From assembly GCF_009914755.1 (NCBI RefSeq), contig NC_060947.1: a DNA stretch of 64,000 nt; one strand, 5' to 3'. The number at the start of each line of letters is the position of its first letter. The stretch's first letter is position 1. Both the position numbers and the translations under genes were made by a program. Shown here piece after piece: positions 41,256-53,360 of this stretch. Source of the stretch: the human T2T-CHM13v2.0 reference genome, Homo sapiens. A model generated the notes under the pieces. That model saw only the letters and a list, made by a program, of their open reading frames with translations. It was not told the DNA's origin and ran no database searches.

Positions 41256-43174
41256 AAGAATTCAATTTTTTAAATTGATGCAAGGATACTCAGGTTATCT
41301 GGTTTTTCTGCATAAGCCTTGTTAGTTTGCATCTTTCAGAGAATTTGACTATTTTATCTAAGTTGTTATTTATTAGCATAAAGTTGTTTATAACATCCCA
41401 TCCTTTTAGTGCCTGTTGACTATGTAGTGATATCTCCTCTTTCTTGTTTCATATAAATCATGTTTCTTCTTCTTTTTCCTTTTCAGTATGTCTAGAGTTT
41501 TATGAATTACATTTATCTTTTCAAAAATTTGTTTTACTAATTTATTTTCTTGATTTCTGTTTCATTTATTTCTGCTCTTTATTCTCTCATTCTTTGTTCT
41601 TACTTGGGGTTTACTTTATTTTTCTTTTACTAGTTTCTCAAGATGGAAGCTTAAATCATTGATTTGAGAACTCTGCATAATATAATCGTTTAATATGTAA
41701 ATTTCACTCTAAGTACTGCTTTTGCTGTATCATACAAACCTTGACATGTTTTTCATTTTAATTCAGGTCAGGTGAAGATACTCTCTAATTTGTCTTATGA
41801 TTTCTCCTTTGCCCCATAGATTATTTAGAAGTATGTTGTTACAGTTCTAAATATGGTCCTTTTGGTGACTATTCCATCTGCACTTGAAAAGAAGGTGCTG
41901 CTGTTGTGTGGAGAAATTTTAAAATATCAGCTGGATGAAGTTAGTTGAATACGTTGTTCAAGTCTTCTATTTTTTTTCTGATTTTTTGTCTACTTGTTCT
42001 ATTAATTATCTGAGAGAAGAGTGTGAAATCTCCATCTGAAATGGTGGATTTGTCTATCTCTCTTTTCCATTCTGTTAGTTTTTACTTTCTGTTTTGTAGC
42101 TCTATTATTTAGTGAATGAAGGTTAGACTTGTTATGTTCCCTTAATGAAATGATTATATTATCATCATGAAATGCCCTCCTTTATCGCTGATAATATTCC
42201 TTGCTCTGAAATCTATTTTGTGTGATACTAATATTATCATTGCAGCTTTTTCAAAATTTGTGTTTTATGGTATGTCTCGTTTCATCCTTTTATTTTTAAG
42301 CTTTATTTCTTTATGTGTAACATGTTTCCTGAGGACAGTACATAGTTGTTTCTGTTTTTTTTTTTCTTGTCTCACTTGATATGTTGTCGTTTCTGCTTTG
42401 TATAGTCAATTGTCTTCAAAAGCATTAAATAGGAGGAAAGAAAACCTGGAATTTATGCAAATATTTACCATTTTGCTGACTATAAAATTCTAGGTTGACA
42501 GCCTTTTTATCAGCAGCTAAAATATGCTCTACCATATTGTGTCTTGCATAATTTCTGAATATTATGTCTTTTTTATCTTCTTTTGAGAGTCTTGATCACT
42601 GGTGTTCAGCAATATGATTAAAGGTTTTGAGAAATGTGGAAATCTTCAATCATCATTTTTTTTCAATGTTTTTTGTTCTCTCATTCTTTCCTCTTCTGGA
42701 GCTCCAATTAAATGAAATGTATATAGCATTTTTTATATCATCACACCAACACATTTACCTTTTTCAGTCTTTCGTCCTTCTGTATGATTCCTTTTAGATC
42801 ACTATTTTTTTTTCCTTTGGAGTGTTTAATCTACTGGTAAACTCATCCTAAATAATACAATTTCATTTCAGATATTGTATTTTTAATTCCTGGAGATTCT
42901 GCTTGTATCTTTTTACATATCTCCTGTCTTTCCTCATGTTCATGTTTTATGATTTTAAATATATTGAATATTTTTATAATAACAGCTTTACTGTCCTTGT
43001 GTGTTAATTCTATAATTTGGATTTTAATATGTTTCTATTGATTGATTTTTCTTGTGGTTATGCTCATTTTTTTTACTTCTTTTGATGTTGTTGATTGTGA
43101 ATTTTATGTTCCTAGGTACTAGAGTTTGTTGTTTCTTTTGCATGTTGTCAGACTCAGTTGAGGGATGCAGTTTT

Positions 43175-44284
43175 TTTATTACTTTTTTTTTTTAATTTAA
43201 GTTCTGGACTACATGTGCAGGATGTGCAGGTTTGTTACATAGGTAAACGTGTGCCATGGTGGTTTGCTGCACCTGTCAACCCATCACCTAAGTATTAAGC
43301 CCAGCATGTGTTAGCTCTTTTCCTAATGCTCTCCCCCACCTGCTGTCCCACAACAGCCCCCAGTATGTGTTGTTCCCCTCCCTGTGTCCATGTGTTCTCA
43401 TTGTTCAACTCCCACTTATAAGTGAGAAATGTGGTGTTTGGCGTTCCATTCTGGCATTAGTTTGCTGAGGTTAATAGCTTCCAGCTTCATCCATGTCCCT
43501 GCAAAAGACATGATCTCATTCCTTTTTATGGCTGCATAGTATTCCATGGTGTATATGTACCACATTTTCTTTACCCAGTCTATCATTTATGGGCATTTTG
43601 GTTGATTTTATGTCTTTGCTATTGTGAATAGTGCTGCAATGAACATATGCATGTGTGTATCTTTATAATAGTATGATTTATATTCCTTTGGGTATACACC
43701 CAGTAATGGGATTGCTGGGTAGAAAATCTTTGCAATACCATTAAGGACATAAGCATTGAGCAAAGATTTTATAATGAAATCGCCAAAAGCAATTGCAACA
43801 AAAATAAAAATTAATAAATGGGATCTAATTAAACTAAAGAGCTTCTGCACAGCAAAAGAAACTACCATCAAAGTGAACAAACAACATACAGAATGGGAGA
43901 AAATTTTTGCATTCTACCCATATGACAAAGGTCTAATATCCAGAATATACAAGAAACTTAAGCAAATTTATAAGAAAAAAGCAAACCACCCCATTAAAAA
44001 GTGGGCAAAGGACATGAACAGACATTTCCCAAAAGAAGACATTTATGTGGCCAACAAACAGAAAAAAAAGCTCAGCATCACTGATCATTAGAGAAATGCA
44101 AATATAAACCACAGTGAGATACCATCTCACACCAGTCAGAATGGCAATTTTTAAAAAGTCAAGAAGCAATAAATGCTGGGGAGGTTACAGAGAAATAGGA
44201 ACACTTTTACACTGTTGGTGAGAATGTAAATTAGCTTAACCATTGTTGAAGACAGTATGGGGATTCCTCAAAGATTTAGAAGTA
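43175..44284 (-). mobile_element. L1PA8-like insertion with 5' inversion (minus 43175-43720, plus 43721-44284)
   Basis: TSD gagggatgcagtttt at 43160-43174 and 44285-44299; orientation switch at attgctgggt|agaaaatctt; ORF 43756-44091 is L1 ORF2. Confidence 0.92.
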
Positions 44285-45576
44285 GAGGGATGCAGTTTTA
44301 ACTTGGAGTCAGTACCCTTCTTTTCAGGATTAATCTTGAAATTTTGGTTTATGCCCAGAGAAGCTTTTGCCTAGGTTTAATCTGTACCTGTGATTAAGGC
44401 AATACCCTCCTGAGAACTCTATCTGATGATACATAGGTGAGCAGGAATTTCCATTCTGGCTCATAGGAACACACACTATATCCAGCCTAGTGTATGCTGC
44501 AAAGACTTTTCTGCCTGCTCCATTTTGGTGGTTGGTTCTTTTTTTGCTTCATATAGTTTCCTTCCATGCATGCATAGACCAGTGCTTGGCCAAAAACTTG
44601 AGAGGAACCGCCTACAAACTTCTAGAATTCTGTGCATGTGCACATGTCTTTGTGTGTGCAGCTCTCTCTTCTCTGGTATTTAAATAAAAAATTATATATG
44701 CCTTGGCCTCCTCAAATTCTGAATTCTGGTTCCTCAATTTAGAGAAAGTACTGATCTCTCTTGGGGTTCCCTTTCCTTGTTTCTCAACCTGGATGCTCTC
44801 CTCAGGCAGGAAGCTGGACAATTATAAGGCTCATCTAATTTCACTTATTTTCCCAGAGATCATTACCCTGTTCTGTCTCTTGTAAAATATATGAAAACTC
44901 TCAGGGCATATATTTTCTATAGTCCTCCCTGTATTTAAGGCAGGAAGTTAAATCTGGCCCTATTACTTTATCATGGACAATAGTAGTAGTCCTGTATTCC
45001 TTCTTGAATCAAAATTAATATATACTTTTCTATAAATTTTTCCATTTCTTCTAATTTATTGATAAGCTAATTAATAATTTTATCTTTATCTTTTAATTCT
45101 GCTTTTCTATAGTTAGGTCTACTTTTCTATTTATAAGAAATATATATGTGACTTTTTGTTTTCCTTGACTATTCTTTCCAAAGTTCTGTATTGTTTGTTA
45201 GACTGTTCAATGAAACAAATTTGCTTTCTTTGAGCCTTTTATTTGTTTTTTCTGTTTACTTGACTTTTCTGTTATTGTTACTATTTTCTAATATTATTTT
45301 TACTTTCTTCAATTTTTAATAGTTTACTATCTTCTGCTTTCTCTTAGTTTATTCTGTTGTTTCTTTTCTACTTTATTAGTTGAACTTTAATGTTCTTCCT
45401 TTATTATTTTTGTAATACAAGCACTTACACTATAAATTTAGATTGAAATAGAGCTTTTACTGAACCCCACAAATTTTGGTATGTGATGTTGTCATTATCA
45501 CCCAATTTTTAGTATTTTTACAATTCCATTATAATTTCTAACTTGATCCTGAAAATATGTTTTTTAAAAATTTCCA

Positions 45577-45890
45577 GGCCAGACGTGGAGGCTCACACCT
45601 GTAATCCCAGCACTTTGGGAGGCTGAGGTGTGAGGATGGCTTGAGTCTAGGAGTTTGAGACCAGCCTAGGCAACAGAATGAGACTCTATCTCTACAAAAA
45701 TTTTAAAAAATACCTGGGCACAGTGGCGCATGCCTGTAGTCTCAGCTGCTCAGGAGGCTAAGGCAAGAGGATTGCTTGAGCTCAGGAGGTTGAAGCTGCA
45801 TTGGGCCGTCCTTACACCACTGCACTCCAGCCTGAGCAACAGAGTGAGACTGTCTCAAAATATTAATTAATTACAATTTTAAAAAAGAAA
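45577..45890 (+). mobile_element. AluJ (Jo/Jr-like)
   Basis: gaggatggcttgagtctaggag / gaggattgcttgagctcaggagg diagnostics; imperfect TSD aaaaat(t)tcca. Confidence 0.92.
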
Positions 45891-45977
45891 AATTCCATAT
45901 ATATGGATGATGTTATACTTATTTATTTTATATCTTATTTATTATTCTAATTAATTTATTTCTTCATTATTATTTTA

Positions 45978-46140
45978 ATGTTCTGCATCTTGATTGTATC
46001 AATGTTAATATCCTTGTTGTAGTATTGTACTATAGTTTCTGCAAGATGTTACCATGGGAGGAAACTGTGTAGAAAGTATACAAGATCACCGTGTATTATT
46101 CCTTGCAATTGCATGTGAATCTATATCTCAAAATTAAAAC
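45978..46140 (+). mobile_element. L1MD/L1MC-type 3' end fragment
   Basis: gttctgcatcttgattgtatcaatg...ttgtactatagtttctgcaagatgttaccat...gcatgtgaatcta. Confidence 0.75.
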
Positions 46141-46189
46141 TGTGATAAAAAACTTTAAAAGTTGATTCTTAGATAAAGACAAAATATAT

Positions 46190-48631
46190 TTTAATTTTTA
46201 ATTTTAATTTTTGAACTTTTATTTGAGGTTCAGGGATGGATGTGCAGGTTTGTTATCCAGGCAAATTGCACATCACCGGGGTTTGGTGTACTGATTATTT
46301 TATCACCCAGCTAATGAGAATAGTATCTGATATGCTGTTCTTTCATTTTCATCCTCCTCCCCAACCTGCACCCTAAAAAATGCCCAGTTTCTATTGTTCC
46401 CTTTTTGTGTCCATGTGTAGTCAATGTTTACCTCTTATATGTAAGTGAGAACATGCAGTATTTTGTTTTCTGTTCCTGTGTTAATTCATTTAGGATGATG
46501 GCATCTAGCTCCATCCATGTTGCTGCAAATGACATGATCTCATTTTTTCTTATGGCTGCATAATATTCCATGGTATATATGTACCACATTTTTTAAATCC
46601 AGTCTACTATTGATGAGCATTTAGGTTGATTCCATGTCTTTGCTATTGTGAATAGTGTTGCAATGAACATGCGTACATGTGTCTTTATAGTAGAACAATT
46701 TATATACCTTTGGGTATTAATACCCAATAATAGGATTGCTGTGTCAAATTGTAGTTCTGTTTTAAGTTCTTTGAGATATCACAAAACTGCTTTCCACAGA
46801 GATTGAATTTACATTCCCACCAGCAGTGCATAAGTGTTCTTTTTTCTCCACAACCTTGCCAACATCTGTTAATTTTTGACTTTTTGATAATAGCCATTCC
46901 AAGTGGAGTGAGATGATATCTCATTGTGGTTTTGATTTGCATTTCTCTAATTATTAGTGATGTTGAGCATTTTTTCATATATTTGTTGGCCATATGTATG
47001 TTTTCTTTTGAAAAGTATCTGTTCATGTCCTTTGCTCACTTTTTAATGGGGTAATTTTTTTTCTTGTAAATTTGTTTAAGTTCCTTATAGATGTTAGATA
47101 TTAGACCTTTGTCAGTTTCTTAGTTGGCAAAAATTTTCTCCTATCCTGTAGGTTGTCTGTTTATTCTATTGATGGTTTCTTTTGCTGTGCAGAAGCTCCT
47201 TAGTTTAATTAGGCACCACTTGTCAATTTTTGTTTTTGTTGCAATTGCTTTTGTCATGAAATTGTTGCCAGGGCCTACATTCAGAATGGTATTTTTTAGG
47301 TTTTATCCTAGGGTTTTTCGTAGTTTTGGGTTTTATATTTAAGTCTTTAATCCATTTTTAGTTGAAATTTTTTATATGGTGAAAAGAAGGGGTCCAGTTT
47401 CAATCTTTTCTATATGGCTAGCTAAGTTATCCCAGCAGCATTTTTTGAATAGGGAGTTTTTCCCTATTGCCTGTTGTTGTGAACTTTGTCAAAGATCAGA
47501 GAGTTGTAGGTATGCAGCTTTATTTCTGGGACCTCTATTCTGTTCCTTTGGTCTATATGTCTGTTTTTGCACCTGTACCATGCTCTGTTGGTTATTGTAG
47601 CCTTGGAGTATAGTTTGAAGATGGGTAATATTATGCCTTCAGCTTTGCTCTGTTTGCTTAGGATTGCTTTAGCTATTTAAGCTCTTTTTGGTTTCATGAA
47701 TTTTAGAATACTTTTTTTCTGATTTTGTAAAAAGTGTTCTTGGTAGTTTGATAAGAATAGCAGTGAATCTATAAATTGCTTTGAGCAATATGGCCACTTT
47801 AACAATATTGATTATTCCTATCCATGAGCGTGGGATGTTTTTCCATTTGTCTGTGTCATGTATGATTTCTTTGAGCAGTGTTTTATAATTCTCATTGTAG
47901 ATATATTTTGACTCTCTAGTTAGCTGTATTACTAGGTATTTTATTCTTTTGTGGCTATTGTGAATGGGATTGTGTTTTGATTTTGATCTCACCTTGGATG
48001 TTTTTGGTTTACAGAAATGCCACTGATTTTGTACATTGATTTAGTATCCTGAAACTTTGTTGTTGTTGTTTTTTTATGAAATCTAGGATATTTTGGGCAG
48101 AGACCATGTGGTTTTCTAAGTATAAAATCATATTATCTGCAAACAGAGATAGTTTGATTTCCTCTTTTCCTATTTGGATGCATTTTTTTTTGTCTGATTG
48201 CTCTAAATAGGATTTCCAGTACTATATTGAATATGAGTGCTTAGAGAGGGCATCCTTGTCTTGTTCCAGTTCTCAAGGGGAATGATTCTAGCTTTTGCCC
48301 ATTCAATATGATGTTGGCTATGAATTTGTCATAGATTACATTTATTATTTGGAGGTTTATTCATTCAATGCCTAGTTTTTAAGATGAAGCAATATTCATT
48401 TTTTCAAAAGCTTTTTCTGCATCTATTGAGATGACCATGTGGTTTTTTATTTTAGTTATTTTTATGTGATGAATCACCTTTATTGATTGTGCAGGCTGAC
48501 CCAATCTTGCATCCCAGGTATAAAGCCTACTTGATTGTGGTGGATTAGATTTTTCATGTGCTATACTGGATTCAGTTTCCTTGTTGAAAATGTTTGCATC
48601 TGTTTTTCTCAAGGAAACAGATTGGCCTGAA

Positions 48632-48671
<40 letters not shown>

Positions 48672-48672
48672 T

Positions 48673-48706
<34 letters not shown>

Positions 48707-51700
48707 ATCTCTGCTAGATTTTGGTGTCAGAATGAGATTGGCCTCATAGAATGAGTTAGGAGGAGTCCCTGATCTTGAATTTTTTGGAGTAGTTTCTGTA
48801 GGAATTGTACTAGGTCTTCTTTACACATCTGGTAGAATTTGGCTGTGAATTCCTCTGGTCCAGGACTTTCTCTGGTTGTTAGGCTTTTTATTACTGATTC
48901 AATTTTGAAACTTGTTACTGATCTTTTCAGGGTTTCAATTTCTTCCTGGTTCAATCTTGAGAGACTTCAAGTTTCCAGGAATTTATCCATTTCCTGTAGA
49001 TTTTCCACTTTATGTGCATAGAGGTGTTTGTGATAGTCTCCAAGGTTTTTTTTTTTTAATTTCTGTAGGGTTGGTGGTAATGTTTCCTTTGTCATTTCTG
49101 ATTATGTTTATTTGGATGTTCTCTCTTTTTTTCTTCATTAGTCTAGCTCGGGATCTATCAATCTTATTTACTTTTTTGAAGAGCCTACTTCTGGTGTCTT
49201 CGATTTTTTGTGTGGCTATTGACCTCTTAATGTCATTAAGTTCAGGTCTCATTATGGTTGTTTTTTATCTTCTGCTAGCTGTGGGGTTGGTTTCCTCTTG
49301 TTTCTCTATTTCCTGCTGGTGTGATACTGGTCGTTAGCTTAAGATCTTTCTAACTTTTTTATGTGGGTGTTTAGTGCTATAAACTTTCCTCTTAACGCTG
49401 CTTTAGCTGTGTCCCAGAGATTCTGGTATGTTGTAAATTTATTTTCATTAGTTTCAAATAATTTCTTGATTTCTGCCTTAATTTCATTGTTAACTCAAAA
49501 GTCATTCAGGAGAAGGTTGTTTAATTTTCATGTAAATTGTATGATTTTGAGCAATCTTCTTTGTACTGATTTCTATTTTTACTGCACTGTGGTCTGAGAT
49601 TGTAGGTGGTATGATATCATTTTTTAAAATTTGCTGAGAATTTTTTATGGCCATTTGTGTGGTTGATTTTAGAGTGTGTGCCATGTGCAGATGAGAAGAG
49701 TGAATATTTTGTTGTTTTGGGTGGAGAGTTCTGTAGATGTCTGTTATGTCTCTTTAGTCAAGGGTCGAGTTCAGGTACCAAATATCTTTGTTAGTTTTCT
49801 GCCTTGATGATCTATATAATACTGTCAGTGGGGTGTTGAAGTCTCCCACTGTTATTGTGTGGTTATTTAAGTCTCTTAATTGGTCTCTAAGAACTTCTTT
49901 TATCAGTCTGGGTGCTCCTGTGTTGGATGGAAACAAATTTAGGATCTTTATGTCTTCTTGTTGAATTGAATCCTTTACCATTATGTAATGCCTTTCTTTA
50001 ATTTTTTTGATCATTTTTGGTTTAAGGTCTGTTTTGTGTGAAGTTACAATAGCAACCGTCAATTTTTTGTTGTTGTTGTTTTGTTGTCCATTTACTTTGT
50101 AGATTTCTCTCCATCCTTTTACTTTGAGTCTATGGGTGTCATTGCCTGTGAGATACATGTCTTGAAGATAGCATAAGCTAGGTCTTGCTTTTTTATCCAA
50201 CTTGCCACTCTGTGCCTTTTGTTGTGGGGCATTTATCTCATTCTTGTTCAAGGTTAATATTGATATGTGTGGTTTTGGTCCTGTCATCATGTTGTTAGCT
50301 GGTTATTATGCAGACTTGATTGTGTAGTTGCTTAATACTGTGTCGATGGTTTATGTACTTAAAAGTGTTTTTATGGTGGCTGGTAATGATCTATCCTTTC
50401 CATATCTAGCACTCCCTTAAAGATCTCTTGTAAGGCAGGTCTGGTGGTAACAAATTTCCTTACCATTTGCTTGCCTGAAAAGGATCTTATTTCTTCTTCA
50501 CTTATGAAGTTTAGTTTGGCTGGATGTGGAATTCTTGTTTGGCATGTCTTTTCTTTAAGAATGTTGAATATAGAACCTCAATCTCTTCTGGCTAATAGGG
50601 TTTGTGCTGAAAGTTCTACTGTTAGCCTGATGGGGTTCCCTTTGTAAGTGAATTGCCCCATCTCTCTAGCTGCCTTTAACATTTTTCTTTCATGTTGACC
50701 TTGGAGAATCTGATGACTATTTGTCCTGGGGATGGTCCTCTTGTATAGTATCTCACAAGGATTCTCTGCATTTCTTGAATTTAAATCTTGGCCTCTCTAA
50801 TGAGGTTGGGGAAATTTTATTGGATGATTTCCTCAAATATATTTTCTAGGTTACTTGCTTTGTCTCCTTCTCTTTCAGGGATGCCAACAATTCGTAGATT
50901 TGGCCTCTTTATATAATCTGATGTTTATTGGAAGTCTTGTTCGTTCTTTTTTTGTTCTTTTCTCTTTATTTTTTTCTGACCGAGTTGATTCGAAGAACCA
51001 GTCTTTGAGCTCTGAGATTCTTTCCTCATCTTGGTCTCTTCTGCTGTTAATATTTGTGACTGTATTATGAAATTATTGTAGTGAGTTTTTCTATCAAATC
51101 AGTTTGGTTCTTTTTTAAAATGGCTATTTTGTCTTTCCACTAGTATCATTTTATTGGATTCATTCCTTAGATTGCTTGAATTGGATTTTGACTTTCTCCA
51201 GAATTTTGATAATTTTCATTCCTATCCAGATCCTGAATTCCATGTCTGTCTTTCCAGCCATTTCAGCCTGGTTATGAAGCATTGCTGAGGAAGTTGGGAA
51301 CAAAGAAGACATTCTGGCTTTCTGAGTTGCCAGAGTTCTTATAATGGTTCTGTCTCATCTGCCTGGGCTGATATTCCTTTAATCTTTGAAGTTGCTGTCC
51401 TTTGGATGGATTTTTTTTTCGCTTTTATATTCTTTGATACCATTGTGGGTTTGATATAAGGTGGGTTCATTTGACTGGCTTCATTTCTGGAAAATTTCAG
51501 GGGTCCAAGGCTCAACTCATCACTCCTGGGCTATGGGGTCTATCTTTGGGGTTCTGGTATTGGGTCCCCAGCTTTGTTCTCTGGCCCCTTATGGTTAGGA
51601 ACCTGCTGCACTGGCAGGACTGAGGTGTTCCCAGTCTCCTGGCAACAATCCTCTGATGAGGGGTCTAGCCAAAGTACTTTCTTGGGGCAGTGGCTGTGCT

Positions 51701-51723
51701 TGTGTGCACATACAAGCAGCAGC
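46190..51723 (-). mobile_element. ~5.5-kb L1PA15/16-type element (3' UTR, ORF2, ORF1, part of 5' region), inactivated
   Basis: Colinear decayed peptides: endonuclease 49754-50290 (HISILTLN...GDFNTPL), 48727-48954, 47669-47992, C-terminus 46700-47026 (CWQGCGEK...HCWWEC). Many stops and frameshifts. Confidence 0.93.
48634..48706. repeat. (TG)n microsatellite inside L1 ORF2
   Basis: About 36 dinucleotide units with two TT interruptions. Confidence 0.97.
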
Positions 51724-52445
51724 CTGTTATATTTGTATTTATTTTATTTGTATTACTAACATCTACCTTAATTGTACTATGGACAGAGAATATTGTCAGT
51801 ACGATACCTACTCTTTAAAATTTGTTACATCTTGCTTTATGGTCTGGCATATGATCAATATTTTAATATAATCTGTGCCTGAGAAAAATTTAGGTTTTTT
51901 GATTGCACAGTGAGATTTTTACTATTGATAGTTCTAAAGAGAGCATAAAATATATTTACCTCTTTGTTGTTTCCCCATTTTCTATGCTCAGAACATTTGC
52001 TTTTTATCATAATTTGATAATATTCACCTTTATCTTTTCTAGATTTCTGTGATTTCCTACCTTCATTTAGCATTTCCAAGCCATCTGGAATTTATTTTGT
52101 TATAAAGCATAGGTTTGGTTTAGAATCTAACTTTTTGATTTATGTATATCTAAATGGCATAACTCCATAACCATTAGCAGAATAATTGGCATGACTGTGT
52201 CTTAGTATTTTATCATGTAACCTATAAAATAATCCAGTTGTTAAATATGTTTTGGTAGGTTTCTGGGTTATCTGTCTCAGCTATTGATACTTCTCATACT
52301 AATACCACACTCTTCTCTTTGTTTTACCTTAATAGTTAATTTTAGCATCTGGTAGGACAAGTATTATTATTCTTATTTTTTTAATGGTGTGAACTATTCC
52401 TTGTAGTTTATTCCTATAAATGAAATATAGAATGATTTTCAAGTT
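51724..52445 (-). mobile_element. Old L1ME fragments; the first part continues the host interrupted at ~45910
   Basis: ttaattgtactatggacagagaa...ttaaaatttgttacatcttgctttatggtc matches antisense ORF2 following aattccatatatatgg at ~45890. Confidence 0.55.
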
Positions 52446-52460
52446 AAAAAAATTTATGCT

Positions 52461-52830
52461 TAACTATTCATAATAGCAAAGACATGGAATCAGGGTAGGT
52501 GTCCATTGACAGTGAATTGGATAAAGGAAATCCATGAAATCATGTTCTTTGCAGCAACATGGATGCAGCTGAAGGCCATTATCCTAAGTGAATTAACACT
52601 GGAGCAGAAAATCAGGTATCACACATTTTCACTTATAAATGGGAACTAAGCATTGGGTACACATGGATGTAAAAATGGGAACAGTAGACACAGCAGAATA
52701 CAAGAGGGGAGAGAGAAGGTGGGGAGTATGGGCTGAAACACTACCTAAAGGGTACTATGCTCACTACCTGCGTGACAGGATCATTTACACCCCAAACCTT
52801 AGCATCACACAATATACCCATGTAACACAC
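52461..52830 (+). mobile_element. L1PA16-type 3' fragment (internally deleted, no tail)
   Basis: actattcataatagcaaagacatggaatc...gcagcaacatggatgcagctg...gggtactatgctcactacctg. Confidence 0.85.
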
Positions 52831-53109
52831 TCATTCTGAGATTGATAATTAATTGGGTAAAATTAGGTGAATAATTCTTCTTCATATCATGTTACTTCTT
52901 TACCATTTTAACACCATTTTAACAATAGCACAGAGTTTTTGATTACCTTGTAGAAGAAAGGACTTTTTTGATCACTGAAAACTTCAAATTATATCCCAGA
53001 TTTTATCTTCCTTTCCATTTCCCCTACAACTATTTTAATTTCCCGTTATCTTCAAAGTTTTGTAGGATGTATTTAGTTGAAACACTAATGTAGACGGAAG
53101 TTTATTAAT

Positions 53110-53300
53110 AAAAAATATTTCTTCCACCAAACAAGTTTGTAAGAGTCTGGGTTAAACAATATTAAATAAGAATTTTACCACTGGAATTTCTCTGAAACTT
53201 TAATATACTAATGATCATATTATTGAGGCTGCCCAATATAGGAATAAAGTCAGCAGCCCTTCCCAAATTTTTGCCCTGACAACCAGGGTTTTCCATGGCC
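53110..53300. mobile_element. MER103C-like hAT relic
   Basis: caagtttg...ctgggttaaacaa...tttaatatactaatg...ttcccaaa. Confidence 0.45.
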
Positions 53301-53360
53301 TTAACATAATGTCATAGAGTTGCTTTGAAAAATAAGTGAGTTAAAACCCATAAAATATTT

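Noticed and set aside
49754-50290. Longest ORF (178 aa), L1 ORF2 endonuclease-like, as a possible domesticated gene
   Set aside because: It lies in colinear decayed L1 context, has an internal frameshifted stretch and altered catalytic motifs (QETH to QDMY, NIYAP to NLFPS), and ends before the domain is complete.
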